Shown: positions 33,638 through 33,653 of the stretch, piece by piece | Numbering within the stretch: the stretch's first letter is position 1 | How the letters are laid out: the number at the start of each line of letters is the position of its first letter | Assembly: GCA_964431375.1 (NCBI GenBank) | Contig: CAYSJK010000001.1 | Coordinates: forward strand, 1-33,653 | Origin: an uncultured Pirellulales bacterium | Lineage (GTDB): Bacteria; Planctomycetota; Phycisphaerae; Sedimentisphaerales; Anaerobacaceae | Reading direction: 5' to 3' | Length of the DNA: 33,653 nt | Notes under the pieces: generated by a model | The model's database searches: none | Told to the model about the DNA's origin: nothing | The model's input: only the letters and a program-made list of their open reading frames with translations | Program-made: the position numbers and the translations under genes

Positions 33638-33653
33638 ACCGAATGTGTTCAGG

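Noticed and set aside
1-33653. tRNA, rRNA, transposase/integrase, prophage or PEP-CTERM substrate genes
   Set aside because: No GGTTCGAATCC-type T-arm contexts or rRNA-like stretches were seen in the intergenic regions. No ORF has DDE/tyrosine-recombinase motifs. No ORF ends with a PEP-TM-basic sorting signal.

Overview
This is a 33.6-kb chromosomal window, mostly transcribed on the minus strand. My guess is an anaerobic PVC-type (Planctomycetota/Phycisphaerae-like) bacterium, based only on gene content (single-chain PFOR, PKD/dockerin S8 peptidases, an exosortase locus, odd intergenic repeats); I cannot verify it here. All calls come from reading the ORF translations and the DNA by eye, with no searches run.

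Layout:
- (1) 308-12826, minus strand: an exopolysaccharide/exosortase locus. Gene order is Wza-like export lipoprotein, exosortase, EpsI, a giant (~1660 aa) membrane-anchored TPR protein, a Wzz/BY-kinase fusion, and an SDR sugar epimerase.
- (2) 13288-21612: an ArsP_1-type permease, an unknown lipoprotein 6 nt downstream of pyruvate:ferredoxin oxidoreductase, and a divergent secreted S8 peptidase with Ig-like and PKD domains.
- (3) 21629-26249, minus strand: a pyrR-pyrB-pyrC operon. Both of its intergenic/downstream gaps are occupied by hicB-hicA toxin-antitoxin cassettes, each with its own near-consensus sigma70-type promoter. A YacP/Rae1-like NYN nuclease gene follows the second cassette.
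- (4) 26431-30889, plus strand: an S8-like protein with a dockerin tail and a Cys where the catalytic Asp motif should be, a 3-TM membrane protein, and aroA.
- (5) 31153-32760: a strongly AT-rich two-gene islet. It holds an Rx4H (HEPN-like) protein and a membrane-anchored protein of unknown family, bracketed by REP-like hairpins.
- (6) 32739-33653: about 0.9 kb with no credible ORF, dense with structured hairpin repeats.

I found no rRNA, tRNA, transposase, integrase or true CRISPR array.

The best candidate for an undescribed system is the HEPN-like plus membrane-protein islet. The runner-up is the hicBA/hicBA/NYN RNase set embedded in the pyrimidine operon. Other oddities: in-frame tandem heptamer repeats inside pyrC and aroA, and a hairpin family showing paired (palindrome-preserving) substitutions.
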